A stretch of 64,000 bases of DNA from Ilumatobacteraceae bacterium (GCA_963716095.1 CAVQSV010000023.1:383140-447139); one strand, 5' to 3'; counted from the stretch's first letter, positions 28,182-37,651 are shown. The notes: generated by a model not told the origin, from the sequence alone. Made by a program: numbers and translations.

Positions 28182-29200
28182 GCGAGCTGCCACCCCCTGG
28201 GGCCGTCCCAACCCCATCGCCGGGGGCGCTGCCGCCACCTGCTGCAGCGCCGATCGCTGCGGCGCCGATCAGCACGGTCCCACAGCACGGCATGATCGCG
28301 GTGAACGCAGTGTCGAAGTTCTTCGGTTCGGTCGTGGCGGTCAGCGACGTCAGCTTCGGCATCGGCCAGGGCGTCACCGCACTGCTCGGCCCGAACGGCG
28401 CCGGCAAGTCGACGTTGTTCCGGATGCTGTGCGGGCTCACGCCACCGTCACGAGGGTCGGTCGACGTGTTGGGAGCGAACCCACGGACCGACCGCGATGT
28501 CCGCGGACGGGTGTCGCTCGTGCCGCAGCAGGATGCCCTGTTCGACCATCTCAGCGCCAGCGAGTTCCTCGAGCTTGCCGCTCGTACACATGGGGTCGCC
28601 GATCCCGAGGGTGCCGCGCATCGTGCGCTCGGATTCGTCGAACTCACCGACGTCGGAGCCAAGCCGGTGGGTCAGTTCTCGAAGGGGATGCGCCAGCGGG
28701 TCAAGGTGGCGGCCTCATTGGTGAACGATCCCGAGGTGCTGATCCTCGACGAGCCCCTCACCGGTCTCGACCCGGTCCAGCGACGCCACATGATCGCGCT
28801 GTTCCATCGCCTCGGCGACGAAGGCCGGTGCGTGCTGGTGTCGAGCCACGTGCTCGACGAGGTCGCCAAGATTGGCTCGCGCGTGCTGGTGATCGCGCAA
28901 GGACGTCTGGTCGCCAGCGGCGACTACCGCGACCTTCGCGAACTGATGGACTACCGGGCCCACCGCATCCGGCTCGGAGCTTCCGATCCCCGCAAGCTGG
29001 CCTCGGCCCTGGTCGACCGGGGGCTCGTGAGCGGTCTGTCGATCGACGACCGCAACGTGATGGTCGACACGCTCGACGTCGACGCCTTCGGCCGACAAGT
29101 GGCTGCCCTGAGCGTGGAACTCGGCGTGCGCCTCACCGAGGTCGAACCACTCGACGACGATCTCGAATCGGTGTTCCGCTACCTCGTGGAGGGGCGATGA
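28178..29200 (+). CDS. ABC transporter ATP-binding protein (2 of 2) with Pro/Ala-rich N-terminal extension
   Basis: ATGA overlap with the upstream gene. MSELPPPGAVPTPSPGALPPPAAAPIAAAP..., LLGPNGAGKST, FSKGMRQRV, VLILDEPLTGLD. Confidence 0.9.
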   Translation: MSELPPPGAVPTPSPGALPPPAAAPIAAAPISTVPQHGMIAVNAVSKFFGSVVAVSDVSFGIGQGVTALLGPNGAGKSTLFRMLCGLTPPSRGSVDVLGANPRTDRDVRGRVSLVPQQDALFDHLSASEFLELAARTHGVADPEGAAHRALGFVELTDVGAKPVGQFSKGMRQRVKVAASLVNDPEVLILDEPLTGLDPVQRRHMIALFHRLGDEGRCVLVSSHVLDEVAKIGSRVLVIAQGRLVASGDYRDLRELMDYRAHRIRLGASDPRKLASALVDRGLVSGLSIDDRNVMVDTLDVDAFGRQVAALSVELGVRLTEVEPLDDDLESVFRYLVEGR

Positions 29201-29958
29201 GTCTGGCGGCCCCCGATCGGCAGCAGCAGCCGCAACGTCACGTCGGCGCTGGGACTTCGGTCGTGTTGTCGTACCAGGTGGTGCTCCGACAGCTGACGAG
29301 CCGATCACGGATCATCGGGCTCACCCTGTTGGCGCTCGTCGCGCCGATCTCGGGGTTCGCGCTCGGCAGCGCCGACGCATCGCTCGACGACTCGGTGCGG
29401 CTGATCGCGAGCGTCGGCCTGGGCTTGGTCCTGCCGGTGGTGGCGCTGGTGTTCGCCGGCGCAGCGATCGGCGACCTGCGCGACGACAAGACGCTCGTGT
29501 ACCTCTGGCTGCGGCCGATGGATCGGTGGCCGATCGTCGTCGGCGCAGCGCTCGCCGCCGGCACGCTCGCTGCGCCGATCACGATCATCCCGATCGTTGC
29601 AGCAGCGATCCTCACCGGCGCGGGCAACGGCATCGTCGCAGGCACGCTGTTGGCCACGATCGTCGGGCTGATCGCCTACGTCGCGGTGTTCACGCTGTTC
29701 GGGGTGTGGCTGAAACGGTTCATCGTGTGGGGGCTCGCGTACATCCTGATCTGGGAGGGGTTCATCGCCCAGGCGGGCGCAGGTGTCGCACGGATCGCCC
29801 TGCGCAAGTACACGCGCTCGATCCTCGTCGACCGCACCGGTGCCGATCTCGACCTCGCCGACTTCTCGTTGGCGATGGCCGTGATCGTTCCGATCGTCGT
29901 GGCGGTTGCCGCCCTGGCCGTGGCGTCGTGGCGCCTCGGCAGCCAGGACATCGACTGA
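29197..29958 (+). CDS. ABC-2-type transporter permease (2 of 2)
   Basis: ATGA overlap with the upstream gene. A 253-aa polytopic hydrophobic protein. Confidence 0.7.
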   Translation: MSLAAPDRQQQPQRHVGAGTSVVLSYQVVLRQLTSRSRIIGLTLLALVAPISGFALGSADASLDDSVRLIASVGLGLVLPVVALVFAGAAIGDLRDDKTLVYLWLRPMDRWPIVVGAALAAGTLAAPITIIPIVAAAILTGAGNGIVAGTLLATIVGLIAYVAVFTLFGVWLKRFIVWGLAYILIWEGFIAQAGAGVARIALRKYTRSILVDRTGADLDLADFSLAMAVIVPIVVAVAALAVASWRLGSQDID

Positions 29959-30127
29959 GCTGCAGCCGGGTGCTGCGCCGTGGCGGGCCTAACGTGACGG
30001 GATGACGCGACCGCTGCGGATCGGCCACATCGCGTCTCGAGCAGTTCGCGATCCGACGACATGGTGGCAGCAGTCGCCCGCTACGACGGGCTCGCCGGTG
30101 CGTAGCATGCCACCAGGAGGCGACGAC

Positions 30128-30286
30128 GTGGCATCGCAGGAACTGACCGAGACCCCCGACGCCAAACGCACACGGTGGTGGATGTTTCTGCGTTGGTCGA
30201 TGCCGCCCTACCGGGGCCGTCGCGACCGGCTCTCAGCGGAAGCTCAGGGGCAAGCGGCCAACTACAACATGCGCGCCGGGCACTGA
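30128..30286 (+). CDS. Hypothetical small basic protein (52 aa)
   Basis: A perfect AGGAGG (30115-30120) lies 7 nt upstream of GTG 30128. (M)ASQELTETPDAKRTRWWMFLRWSMPPYRGRRDRLSAEAQGQAANYNMRAGH. No family recognised. Confidence 0.4.
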   Translation: MASQELTETPDAKRTRWWMFLRWSMPPYRGRRDRLSAEAQGQAANYNMRAGH

Positions 30287-30308
30287 CGACTCCGGACGCC
30301 GGCTTGCG

Positions 30309-30668
30309 TCAGTGGGTCGCGACGCAGAATTCGTTGCCCTCCGGATCGGCGAGCGTGGTCCACACCATGCCGTACTCGTGCATCTCGTGCACGACGGTGG
30401 CGCCGAGCCCGACGAGTCGTTCGACTTCGGCAGCCCGATCGTCGGCGTTCATGTCGAGATGGACCCGGTTCTTCGCCGTCTTGCCCTCGGGGACCTGGAT
30501 GAACATCATCAGCGGGTCGGCGCCTTCGCCGGGAATGCGTGCGAAGAACTCGCTCGCGGCCATCTCGCCCTGATCGTCGACCGGTCGGCCGACCGCTGCC
30601 GACCAGAACCCGGCCAAGGTGAGGGCGTTGGAACAGTCGAAGGTGATGGCGGCGACGTGCAAGCTCAT
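30309..30668 (-). CDS. VOC/glyoxalase-family protein
   Basis: MSLHVAAITFDCSNALTLAGFWSAAVGRPV...VHLDMNADD...ADPEGNEFCV. Typical glyoxalase-like domain of 119 aa. Confidence 0.75.
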   Translation of the reverse strand: MSLHVAAITFDCSNALTLAGFWSAAVGRPVDDQGEMAASEFFARIPGEGADPLMMFIQVPEGKTAKNRVHLDMNADDRAAEVERLVGLGATVVHEMHEYGMVWTTLADPEGNEFCVATH

Positions 30669-30725
30669 CGCACAAGTCTTGCACGCTCGCACGGCGCCGT
30701 TGACTGGTCGCTCCGACCAGTCCAA

Positions 30726-30767
30726 GCGATGAGCGAAGTGGCCGCATTGGGTCCGTTCGCTCATCAC
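30726..30767. repeat. Palindromic intergenic repeat, family A copy 3 (inverted orientation)
   Basis: GCGATGAGCGAAgtggccgcattgggtccgTTCGCTCATCac. Confidence 0.85.
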
Positions 30768-30786
30768 CCGGGGGCTCGAGAGGAGA

Positions 30787-30828
30787 GCGATGAGCGAAGT
30801 GGCCGCATCTGGTGCCTCCGCTCATCGC
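30787..30828. repeat. Palindromic intergenic repeat, family A copy 4 (inverted orientation, 61 bp after copy 3)
   Basis: GCGATGAGCGAAgtggccgcatctggtgcctCCGCTCATCGC. Confidence 0.85.
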
Positions 30829-30849
30829 CGACGGTGGGTCGGCGCAACG

Positions 30850-32139
30850 TCAGGCGGCGGCGCGGGTCTTGCGGAGGATCGGGTCGGCGACGCCGAGCGT
30901 CTTGTCGGCGAGCGACAGCACCCGACCGGCCGCGCCAGGTGTGGTGTTGTCGACCAGGTTGCCCATCACGGCAAGGGTGATGTTGGCAATGGCGTTGGTG
31001 CTCACCGACAGCCGAAGGCCGGGCTTGAGGATCCACGGGTGGCCGATCAGGAACGAGAATCGACGACCGGTGCGCAGGAACGCATCGAAGCGCTCGCCGA
31101 CCAGCTGGTCGTAGCGGGCCGGGGCGGTCGCCGGGTCGTCGAGGAACAGGTCGGCGGCGAGCATCCCCGATTCGAGGCCGTAGTCGATGCCTTCGCCGTT
31201 CATCGGGTTGACGAGTCCGGCGGCGTCGCCGATCGCCACCCAACCGTCGCCGTGGCGTCGTTGCGTGGACATCGGCAGGCGCCAGGCGCGGGGCCGCTCG
31301 AGGTTCGGGCCGAGATCCCAGTCGTCGCGCACCAGGTGGCGATACGACTCGAGCAGCGTGTTCAGGTTGAGCTTCTTGAAGCCCTTCATGGTCGACAACG
31401 CGCCGACACCGATGTTGACGGTGCCGTCACCTGCCGGGAACATCCAGCCGTAGCCGGGGATGGCGGTGCCGTTCTCGTCCTTGAGCGACAGACACGCTTC
31501 GAGGTGGACGTCGGTGTGGCGGGGCGTGGCAGCGTAGGTGCGGATGGCGAGCCCGAACGGCTCGTCGGGCACCCGGTCGGCGCCGAGCTTGCGAGCGACC
31601 GCGCCCTGTGCGCCGGCGGCGATCACCGTGAGGCCGGCATCGAATCGTTCGCCGTTGGCTTCGACACCGGTGACGCGGCCATCGTCGTCGATCACCGGTG
31701 TGGCCTCGGTCTCGAATCTGATCTCGGCTCCGGACTCGACGGCGGCGTCCATCAGAGCAGCGTCGAGTCGGCGTCGGGGCCACACCGCACCGTGGTTCGG
31801 GAACCGATCGGTGGTCGGCCAGTCGAGTTCGCGCACCTGCTTGCCGGCGATCATCCGCAGGCCGCGAATCTGATGAGCGTCGTCGAGCGGAATCTTCAGC
31901 TCGTTCAGTGCGCCGACGGCTCGTGGGGTGAGGCCGTCGCCGCACACCTTGTCACGGCCATGGGCACCCTTCTCGAAGACGATGACGTTGGCGCCCGATC
32001 GGGCCGCCTGGATCGCCGTCGCTGCGCCGGCTGGACCGGCACCGATCACGGCAATGTCGACGTGTTGCGTACTCACGGACTCAACGCTGCCGGAAGTCCG
32101 GCCGAAAAGCACCGTCGAGCGCCCGAAGTCACCATCCAC
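30850..32139 (-). CDS. Geranylgeranyl-reductase-family FAD-dependent oxidoreductase
   Basis: DIAVIGAGPAGAATA (GxGxxG)...DKVCGDGLT...GWVAIGDAAGLVNPMNGEGI. Start is GTG 32139 (GGGAGG 7 nt upstream) or GTG 32076. The track ORF upstream of that is non-coding. Confidence 0.8.
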   Translation of the reverse strand: MDGDFGRSTVLFGRTSGSVESVSTQHVDIAVIGAGPAGAATAIQAARSGANVIVFEKGAHGRDKVCGDGLTPRAVGALNELKIPLDDAHQIRGLRMIAGKQVRELDWPTTDRFPNHGAVWPRRRLDAALMDAAVESGAEIRFETEATPVIDDDGRVTGVEANGERFDAGLTVIAAGAQGAVARKLGADRVPDEPFGLAIRTYAATPRHTDVHLEACLSLKDENGTAIPGYGWMFPAGDGTVNIGVGALSTMKGFKKLNLNTLLESYRHLVRDDWDLGPNLERPRAWRLPMSTQRRHGDGWVAIGDAAGLVNPMNGEGIDYGLESGMLAADLFLDDPATAPARYDQLVGERFDAFLRTGRRFSFLIGHPWILKPGLRLSVSTNAIANITLAVMGNLVDNTTPGAAGRVLSLADKTLGVADPILRKTRAAA

Positions 32140-32157
32140 GATCCCCACCTCCCGTCC

Positions 32158-32212
32158 CGTTCGTGTTGCAGTTCCGATGAGCCGTTCCGTCCGAAGCGTC
32201 ACGTGAACGCGA
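32158..32212. repeat. Palindromic intergenic repeat, family C copy 3
   Basis: CGTTCGTGTTGCagtTCCGATGagccgttcCGTCCGAagcGTCACGTGAACGcga, flanked by a C-rich left end and a G-rich right end. Confidence 0.75.
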
Positions 32213-32256
32213 GGTGGCGGTGAAGTGGGGGTGTCGGAGTTCGGGGGTGGCGAACG

Positions 32257-32805
32257 ATGATGGAGGTGATGGGGACACCGGCGCCGACCACCGATCACAG
32301 CGCGACGCTGTTGGCGATCTACGACCATGCCGTCGGTGAGGTGTTCGCCTACCTGCGTGCCCGCTGCGGCAACCGGGCGATCGCCGAGGACCTCACCGCC
32401 GACACCTTCCTCGCCGCCGTCGGCCAGATCCGCAAGGGTGGAGTCGACGACGTGACCGTCGCGTGGCTGATCGGCATCGCCCGCCACAAGCTGCTCGACG
32501 AATGGCGACGCGCCGCCCGACGTCCCCGACCAGCACCACTCGATCATGCCGATCCCCCAGAGCACGCCCTCGACGGCAACGACGTGTGGGACGCCGTCAT
32601 CGATCAGCACCTGGTCGGCGACGTGATGGCGGAACTCGGTCCGCATCACCGGTCGGCACTCGCGCTGCGCTACTTCGACGGACTGTCGGTTCCCGACGTC
32701 GCCAACCATCTCGGGCGCACGGTCGAGGCCACCGAGACCCTGCTCGTGCGGGCCCGTCGCAGATTCCGATCCGTGTACGAACAACAGCAGGGAGGTGTGT
32801 CATGA
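32257..32805 (+). CDS. ECF-type RNA polymerase sigma-70 family factor
   Basis: 182 aa. Region 2 is AEDLTADTFLAAV...WLIGIARHKLLDEWRR. Region 4 is RSALALRYFDGLSVPDVANHLGRTVEATETLLVRARRRF. Confidence 0.85.
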   Translation: MMEVMGTPAPTTDHSATLLAIYDHAVGEVFAYLRARCGNRAIAEDLTADTFLAAVGQIRKGGVDDVTVAWLIGIARHKLLDEWRRAARRPRPAPLDHADPPEHALDGNDVWDAVIDQHLVGDVMAELGPHHRSALALRYFDGLSVPDVANHLGRTVEATETLLVRARRRFRSVYEQQQGGVS

Positions 32806-33761
32806 CCGATCCCGTCGACCCCTTCGAGCAGATGTCACCAGTCGGCGGCGAGCCGATCGATCCGGTGTTCGCCAGCCGACTGAAGGCGCGGGTGCAACGC
32901 GCCCTCGGTGCGCCACCCGACCGCATCACGATCGATCTGCCCGCCCGCACGCCCGCCGACAACACAACCCGCCCAGACAGGAGCACCACCATGAACCAGG
33001 TCATCACGCCCTACCTCTGCGTCCACGACGCAAACGCAGCCCTCGATTGGTATCGAGAGTTCTTCGGTGCCTCGGTCGGCAACGTCATCCCGTGGGAAGG
33101 GCGCGTCGGTCACGCAGAGCTCGACGTGTCCGGTGCAGTGTTCTACCTCAGCGACGAGGCACCGCAGTTGGGTGTCGTGGCACCATCCCGCGACGGTTCG
33201 CAGAGCTCGGTGAGTGTGGTCATCCAGGTCGCTGCCGTCGAAGAGTTCGTCGAGCGCGCCGAGCGCGGAGGTGCGGTCGTGCAGCGGCCGATCGAGGAGG
33301 GCCACGGCACTCGCAGCGCCTGGATCGTCGACCCGTTCGGCCATCGCTGGAACGTCGGCACACCCGTCTACGACGCCGAGCAGATTGCCTCGCGTGTGGC
33401 GCCGTCCGAGCCGTACTACATGACCTTGACCACCGCTGACGTCGAACTCGGCGCCGCCTTCTATGGCGCTGTGCTCGGCTGGGAGTTCGTCGACCAGGGC
33501 AACGGCGGGCGTCATGTCGCCAACACCGAGATGCCGATCGGGTTGCGCGCCACCGAGAACCCGCACGGCGACACCGCTCCCGGCGAGATCCAGATGTGGT
33601 TCACCGTGCGCGACTTCGACGACGCCGTCGAACGGGTCCGCGTCGCCGGCGGCACCATCGTGGAATTGAATGCCTGGGACTCGGGACGCGAGGCGATCTG
33701 CGAGGACGACCAAGGCGTCACGTTCAAACTCAGCGAACCGGCACCCGGCTACGACCGCTGA
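32802..33761 (+). CDS. Tandem VOC/glyoxalase (PhnB-like) domain protein with ~60-aa N-terminal extension
   Basis: ATGA overlap with the sigma gene; GGAGG upstream. VITPYLCVHDANAALDWYREFFGA...AWIVDPFGHRWNV, then a second module YYMTLTTADVELGAAFYGAVLGWEF...ICEDDQGVTFKL. Confidence 0.75.
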   Translation: MTDPVDPFEQMSPVGGEPIDPVFASRLKARVQRALGAPPDRITIDLPARTPADNTTRPDRSTTMNQVITPYLCVHDANAALDWYREFFGASVGNVIPWEGRVGHAELDVSGAVFYLSDEAPQLGVVAPSRDGSQSSVSVVIQVAAVEEFVERAERGGAVVQRPIEEGHGTRSAWIVDPFGHRWNVGTPVYDAEQIASRVAPSEPYYMTLTTADVELGAAFYGAVLGWEFVDQGNGGRHVANTEMPIGLRATENPHGDTAPGEIQMWFTVRDFDDAVERVRVAGGTIVELNAWDSGREAICEDDQGVTFKLSEPAPGYDR

Positions 33762-33827
33762 TCGTCGATTGGAGTCGGCCCTGGGCTGGCGTCGCCCGGA
33801 GCGATGGCGGACGCGTAGCGTTGGGTC

Positions 33828-34664
33828 ATGAACGACTCGATGCTCGCCCCCGACGTGTTCTGCCGTGCCACGCTCAACTTCGCGGCCCGCAACGGTGAGC
33901 TGATGGCGCAGCCGACCGACGTCGACATGCTCGACGGTCGCACGGCCGAGTTGCCCGGGTGGGAGCAGTGCGGCTTCGAACTGATCCAGCACACGACCGC
34001 TGCGTCGAGCTGGGACGACGCCGAACTCGCTGCCATCCACCATCAGGAAATGGAGGCGCTCGCTCGGCAGATGACCGGCTGCGACGTCGCGTTGGTGTCG
34101 AACCACATCAAGCGCGGTCCCGAGCATGCGCGCCAGCACGACGACCTCGCGCCGATCGAGTTCGTGCACTCCGACTTCGCGAAGGGGTACGACGATCTGG
34201 TTCGGGGGTCATACCGGCAGCCCGATCGTGATGGCGCGATGCAGGCGCTCGAGCGCAATGGCATCACCGCAGCGGACGTCGAGGCAGCTTCGCGGCTCGT
34301 GATCTTGCAGTTCTGGAGGAACCTCGGCCCGGCGAAGATGGACTTCCCGCTCGGCTTCTGCGATGCCCGCACCGTCACGCCAGCCGATGCTCGTGCGATC
34401 CCGGTGACCGACTACGCCGGCTCCGGCGTCGACTTCGAGGCGGTGGCGGTGCTCGGTCCCGTCGATTCGTCGCCGTACCGCTGGTACGCCTTCCCCGAGC
34501 TGCAGCAGGACGAAGTCGTCGCGTTCCGTACCTACGACACCGATCTCGTCGAGCGCGGCGAGACCTGGTTCACGCCGCACTCGGCGTTCCGCGATCCCGA
34601 CGTCGAGATCGGCAAGCCGGCACGGTCGAGTATCGAACTCCGGGCGATCTGCCTGTACCGGTAG
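33828..34664 (+). CDS. CmcJ/NvfI-like oxidoreductase family protein
   Basis: FVHSDFAKGYDD..., LQFWRNLGP..., WYAFPELQQDEVVAFRTYD..., TPHSAFRDP. These motifs are recalled for the CmcJ/AsaB family; the assignment is from memory. Confidence 0.55.
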   Translation: MNDSMLAPDVFCRATLNFAARNGELMAQPTDVDMLDGRTAELPGWEQCGFELIQHTTAASSWDDAELAAIHHQEMEALARQMTGCDVALVSNHIKRGPEHARQHDDLAPIEFVHSDFAKGYDDLVRGSYRQPDRDGAMQALERNGITAADVEAASRLVILQFWRNLGPAKMDFPLGFCDARTVTPADARAIPVTDYAGSGVDFEAVAVLGPVDSSPYRWYAFPELQQDEVVAFRTYDTDLVERGETWFTPHSAFRDPDVEIGKPARSSIELRAICLYR

Positions 34665-34686
34665 ACCAGTCGGAGGATCCCCTCCA

Positions 34687-35397
34687 TCACGCTGCGCCGA
34701 GAAGCACTGTCTGGAGTTCGGGCATCGTGTCGAACACGATCGCCCCGGTCGCTTCGAGCTCGTCGCGCACGGTCAGCCCGCCGCCGAACCCGTAGCACGT
34801 CATCCCGGCGGCGATCGCGGCTCGGGCCCCGTTGATGCTGTCCTCGATGACCACACATCGACGGTGATCGACGCCCATCGACCGTGCAGCATGGAGGAAC
34901 AGATCTGGCCACGGCTTGCCTCGCTCGACCTCGGATCCCGAGTGGATGCGACCCTCGAACAGGGGGTGGAGACCGGTGAGGCCGAGGGTCAGATCCATCT
35001 TGCGGTGGCTGCCACTCGATGCGACGCACGTCGGCACGTCGGCCCGGTCGAGTGCCTCGACCAGCGCACGTACTCCGGGTACCGGCTGGAGCTCGGCATG
35101 GAAGGCGGCGATGATCTCCTCGGTCGATCGACGGTCGAACTCGGCGGTGAGATCGGGCCCGAGGTGGTGCTCGATCTCGGTGAGCATCGCATCGCTCGAT
35201 CCACCGACGAAGCGCCGGACGACTTCGTCGACCGTGATCGGCCAGCCCATCTCGGTCAGCATCCGCGCCTCGACGGCGACGGTCAGACGTTCGGAGTCGA
35301 CGAGCACGCCGTCGCAATCGAAGATCACCAACCCGAGGTGCGCGGTCGCATCAAGGGGTTCCGCACTCGCGAGATGGTCGTCTGGCCGGTCCGTCAC
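34687..35397 (-). CDS. HAD-superfamily hydrolase (beta-phosphoglucomutase-like subfamily IA)
   Basis: LVIFDCDGVLVDSE (DxDG motif I), VASSGS (motif II), ERGKPWPD, VVIEDSING (motif IV). The GTG start overlaps the stop of the tryptophanase-like gene. Confidence 0.8.
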   Translation of the reverse strand: MTDRPDDHLASAEPLDATAHLGLVIFDCDGVLVDSERLTVAVEARMLTEMGWPITVDEVVRRFVGGSSDAMLTEIEHHLGPDLTAEFDRRSTEEIIAAFHAELQPVPGVRALVEALDRADVPTCVASSGSHRKMDLTLGLTGLHPLFEGRIHSGSEVERGKPWPDLFLHAARSMGVDHRRCVVIEDSINGARAAIAAGMTCYGFGGGLTVRDELEATGAIVFDTMPELQTVLLGAA

Positions 35398-36770
35398 GAT
35401 CGCGGTGCGAAGGTGGCGGTGAAGTGGCGCAGTGGCCGCGGCGGGCTGGTGATCTGGTAGCCGGTGAGTTGTTCGGCCCTCGCTGCGACCGACAGTACGA
35501 CCTCGATGACGTAGTCGATGTGGCTCTGCGTATAGGTGCGTCGAGGGATTGCGAGCCGCACGAGTTCCATCGCTGCGGGTCGCTCCGTCCCGTCGGGCTG
35601 CAGGCCGAACATCACCGTGCCGATCTCGCAGCCGCGCACGCCGCCGATCTCGTAGAGCGCGATCGCCAGGGCTTGGCCCGGATAGTCGAGCGGGTCGATG
35701 TGGGCGAGCAACCGTCCCGCGTCGAGGTAGACGGCGTGACCACCGATCGGCAACATCACCGGTACGCCGGCATCGGCGAGCGCGTTGCCGAGGTAGGCGG
35801 TCGAACGGATCCGGTACTGGAGGTAGTCGTGTTGGACGGACTCACGCAGCCCCTGCGCAATCGCGTCGAGATCACGCCCGGCGAGGCCGCCGTAGGTGGG
35901 AAAGCCTTCGGTGAGGATCAGCAGCGTGCGACAGTCGTCGGCGAGCTCTTCGTCGTTCAGTGCCAGCCAGCCGCCGATGTTGCCGAGGGGATCCTTCTTC
36001 GCGCTCATCGTCATGCCGTCGGCGAGCGAGGCCATTTCGCGCACGATGTCGCGCACCTCCCGGTCGCCCTGACCGGGCTCGCGCTCGCGAATGAACCATG
36101 CGTTCTCGGCGAACCGGCAGGCGTCGAGGAACAGCGGGACGTCGTACTGGTCACAGAGTGCTCGCACTCCGCGGAGGTTCTCGAGCGACACCGGTTGTCC
36201 GCCACCCGAGTTGTTCGTGATCGTGACGAACACCACCGGAATCACGTCGCGGCCGTGCTCGGCCAGCAGCGCGCCGAGCGCGTCGAGATCCATGTTGCCT
36301 TTGAACGGGTGCAGCGAGCTGGGATCGCGACCCTCGGGGATCACCAGATCGACCGCGACCGCTCCCGTGTACTCGACGTTGGCCCGCGTGGTGTCGAAGT
36401 GGGTGTTGTTGGGAACGATCTTGCCGGACCCACCGATCGCCGTGAACAGGATCTTCTCTGCTGCGCGTCCCTGGTGGGTGGGAATCACATGCTCGAAGGG
36501 GAACAGCTCCTGGACGCTCTCGAGGAACCGAAACCACGACGGCGACCCGGCGTAGCTCTCGTCGCCGCGTTGGATCGCCGCCCACTGATCGCGCGACATC
36601 GCACCGGTTCCGGAGTCGGTGAGCAGGTCGATCAGGACATCTTCCGCCCGAAGTGAGAAGAGGTTGTTGCCTGCCGCTGCGAGTGCGGTGCGCCGTTGCT
36701 CCGGTGTGGTGATCACCAGCGGTTCGACCGAGTGCACCCGGAACGGCTCGATGATCGTCGAGAATTCCAT
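35394..36770 (-). CDS. Tryptophanase / tyrosine phenol-lyase family (beta-eliminating lyase, PLP)
   Basis: MEFSTIIEPFRVHSVEPL...LLTDSGTGAMS...DGMTMSAKKDPLGNIGG (PLP-Lys motif)...RLAIPRRTYTQSHIDYV. 458 aa. Confidence 0.85.
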   Translation of the reverse strand: MEFSTIIEPFRVHSVEPLVITTPEQRRTALAAAGNNLFSLRAEDVLIDLLTDSGTGAMSRDQWAAIQRGDESYAGSPSWFRFLESVQELFPFEHVIPTHQGRAAEKILFTAIGGSGKIVPNNTHFDTTRANVEYTGAVAVDLVIPEGRDPSSLHPFKGNMDLDALGALLAEHGRDVIPVVFVTITNNSGGGQPVSLENLRGVRALCDQYDVPLFLDACRFAENAWFIREREPGQGDREVRDIVREMASLADGMTMSAKKDPLGNIGGWLALNDEELADDCRTLLILTEGFPTYGGLAGRDLDAIAQGLRESVQHDYLQYRIRSTAYLGNALADAGVPVMLPIGGHAVYLDAGRLLAHIDPLDYPGQALAIALYEIGGVRGCEIGTVMFGLQPDGTERPAAMELVRLAIPRRTYTQSHIDYVIEVVLSVAARAEQLTGYQITSPPRPLRHFTATFAPRS

Positions 36771-36889
36771 CGGCCCATCATTGCCCAGGCCGACGGCGCC
36801 GACGGCGTGCGTGCGTCCGGTGCCGACATCGGCGGGGTCGCTCGATACGTTCGGACCGCTTCGACCACCGCGACGAGAGGAACATCGAG

Positions 36890-37651
36890 ATGGAGATCCC
36901 TGGCCTGAAAGCAATCATCATCGGCGGAGCGTCGGGCTTCGCGCGAGCGACCGCAGAACGCATTGCTGCGGGCGGCGGGTCGGTGGCGATCCTCGATCGT
37001 GAAGAGTCTGCGGGTGCGGAGGTTGCCGCGCAGTTGGGCGGTTCGTGGCACCCGACGAACGTGCTCGACTTCGACGGGATCGCTGTGGTGATCGACGAAG
37101 CGGTCGAGGCGCTCGGTGGGTTGCACGTGGCGGTCAACACCGCCGGCGGCGGCAAAGCCGGCCGGACACTCGGGCGCGGTGGACCGTTCGACCTCGACGA
37201 CTTCCGCGCGGTGATCGACCTGAACCTGATTGGCACGTTCAACACCAACCGGTTGTGCGCAGCGCACATGGCGACCAACGAACCGAACGACGACGGCGAA
37301 CGCGGCGTGTTGATCAACACGGCCTCGATCGCCGCGTTCGAAGGCCAGATCGGTCAGGTCGCGTACACCGCTGCCAAGGCTGGCATTGCCGGGATGACGC
37401 TCACGATGGCGCGCGACCTCGGTTCGCTCGGCATTCGTGTGATCACGATTGCTCCGAGCCTGTTCGCCACCGGACTCACCGCCGGTGTCACCGAGGAGCG
37501 TGCGGCTGGGCTGACCAAGGACGCGGCATTCCCGAAACGTCTCGGACGTCCCGACGAATACGGCCGGTTGGCGATCGCCATCATCGAGAACCCGATGCTG
37601 AATGGCGACACGATCCGACTCGACGCCGGCACGCGCTTCGCCCCGAAATGA
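36890..37651 (+). CDS. SDR-family oxidoreductase (3-hydroxyacyl-CoA dehydrogenase type-2-like)
   Basis: AIIIGGASGFARATA (TGxxxGxG-like), NTAG, YTAAKAGIAGMT (YxxxK). GAGAGGAA lies upstream of the ATG. Confidence 0.85.
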   Translation: MEIPGLKAIIIGGASGFARATAERIAAGGGSVAILDREESAGAEVAAQLGGSWHPTNVLDFDGIAVVIDEAVEALGGLHVAVNTAGGGKAGRTLGRGGPFDLDDFRAVIDLNLIGTFNTNRLCAAHMATNEPNDDGERGVLINTASIAAFEGQIGQVAYTAAKAGIAGMTLTMARDLGSLGIRVITIAPSLFATGLTAGVTEERAAGLTKDAAFPKRLGRPDEYGRLAIAIIENPMLNGDTIRLDAGTRFAPK

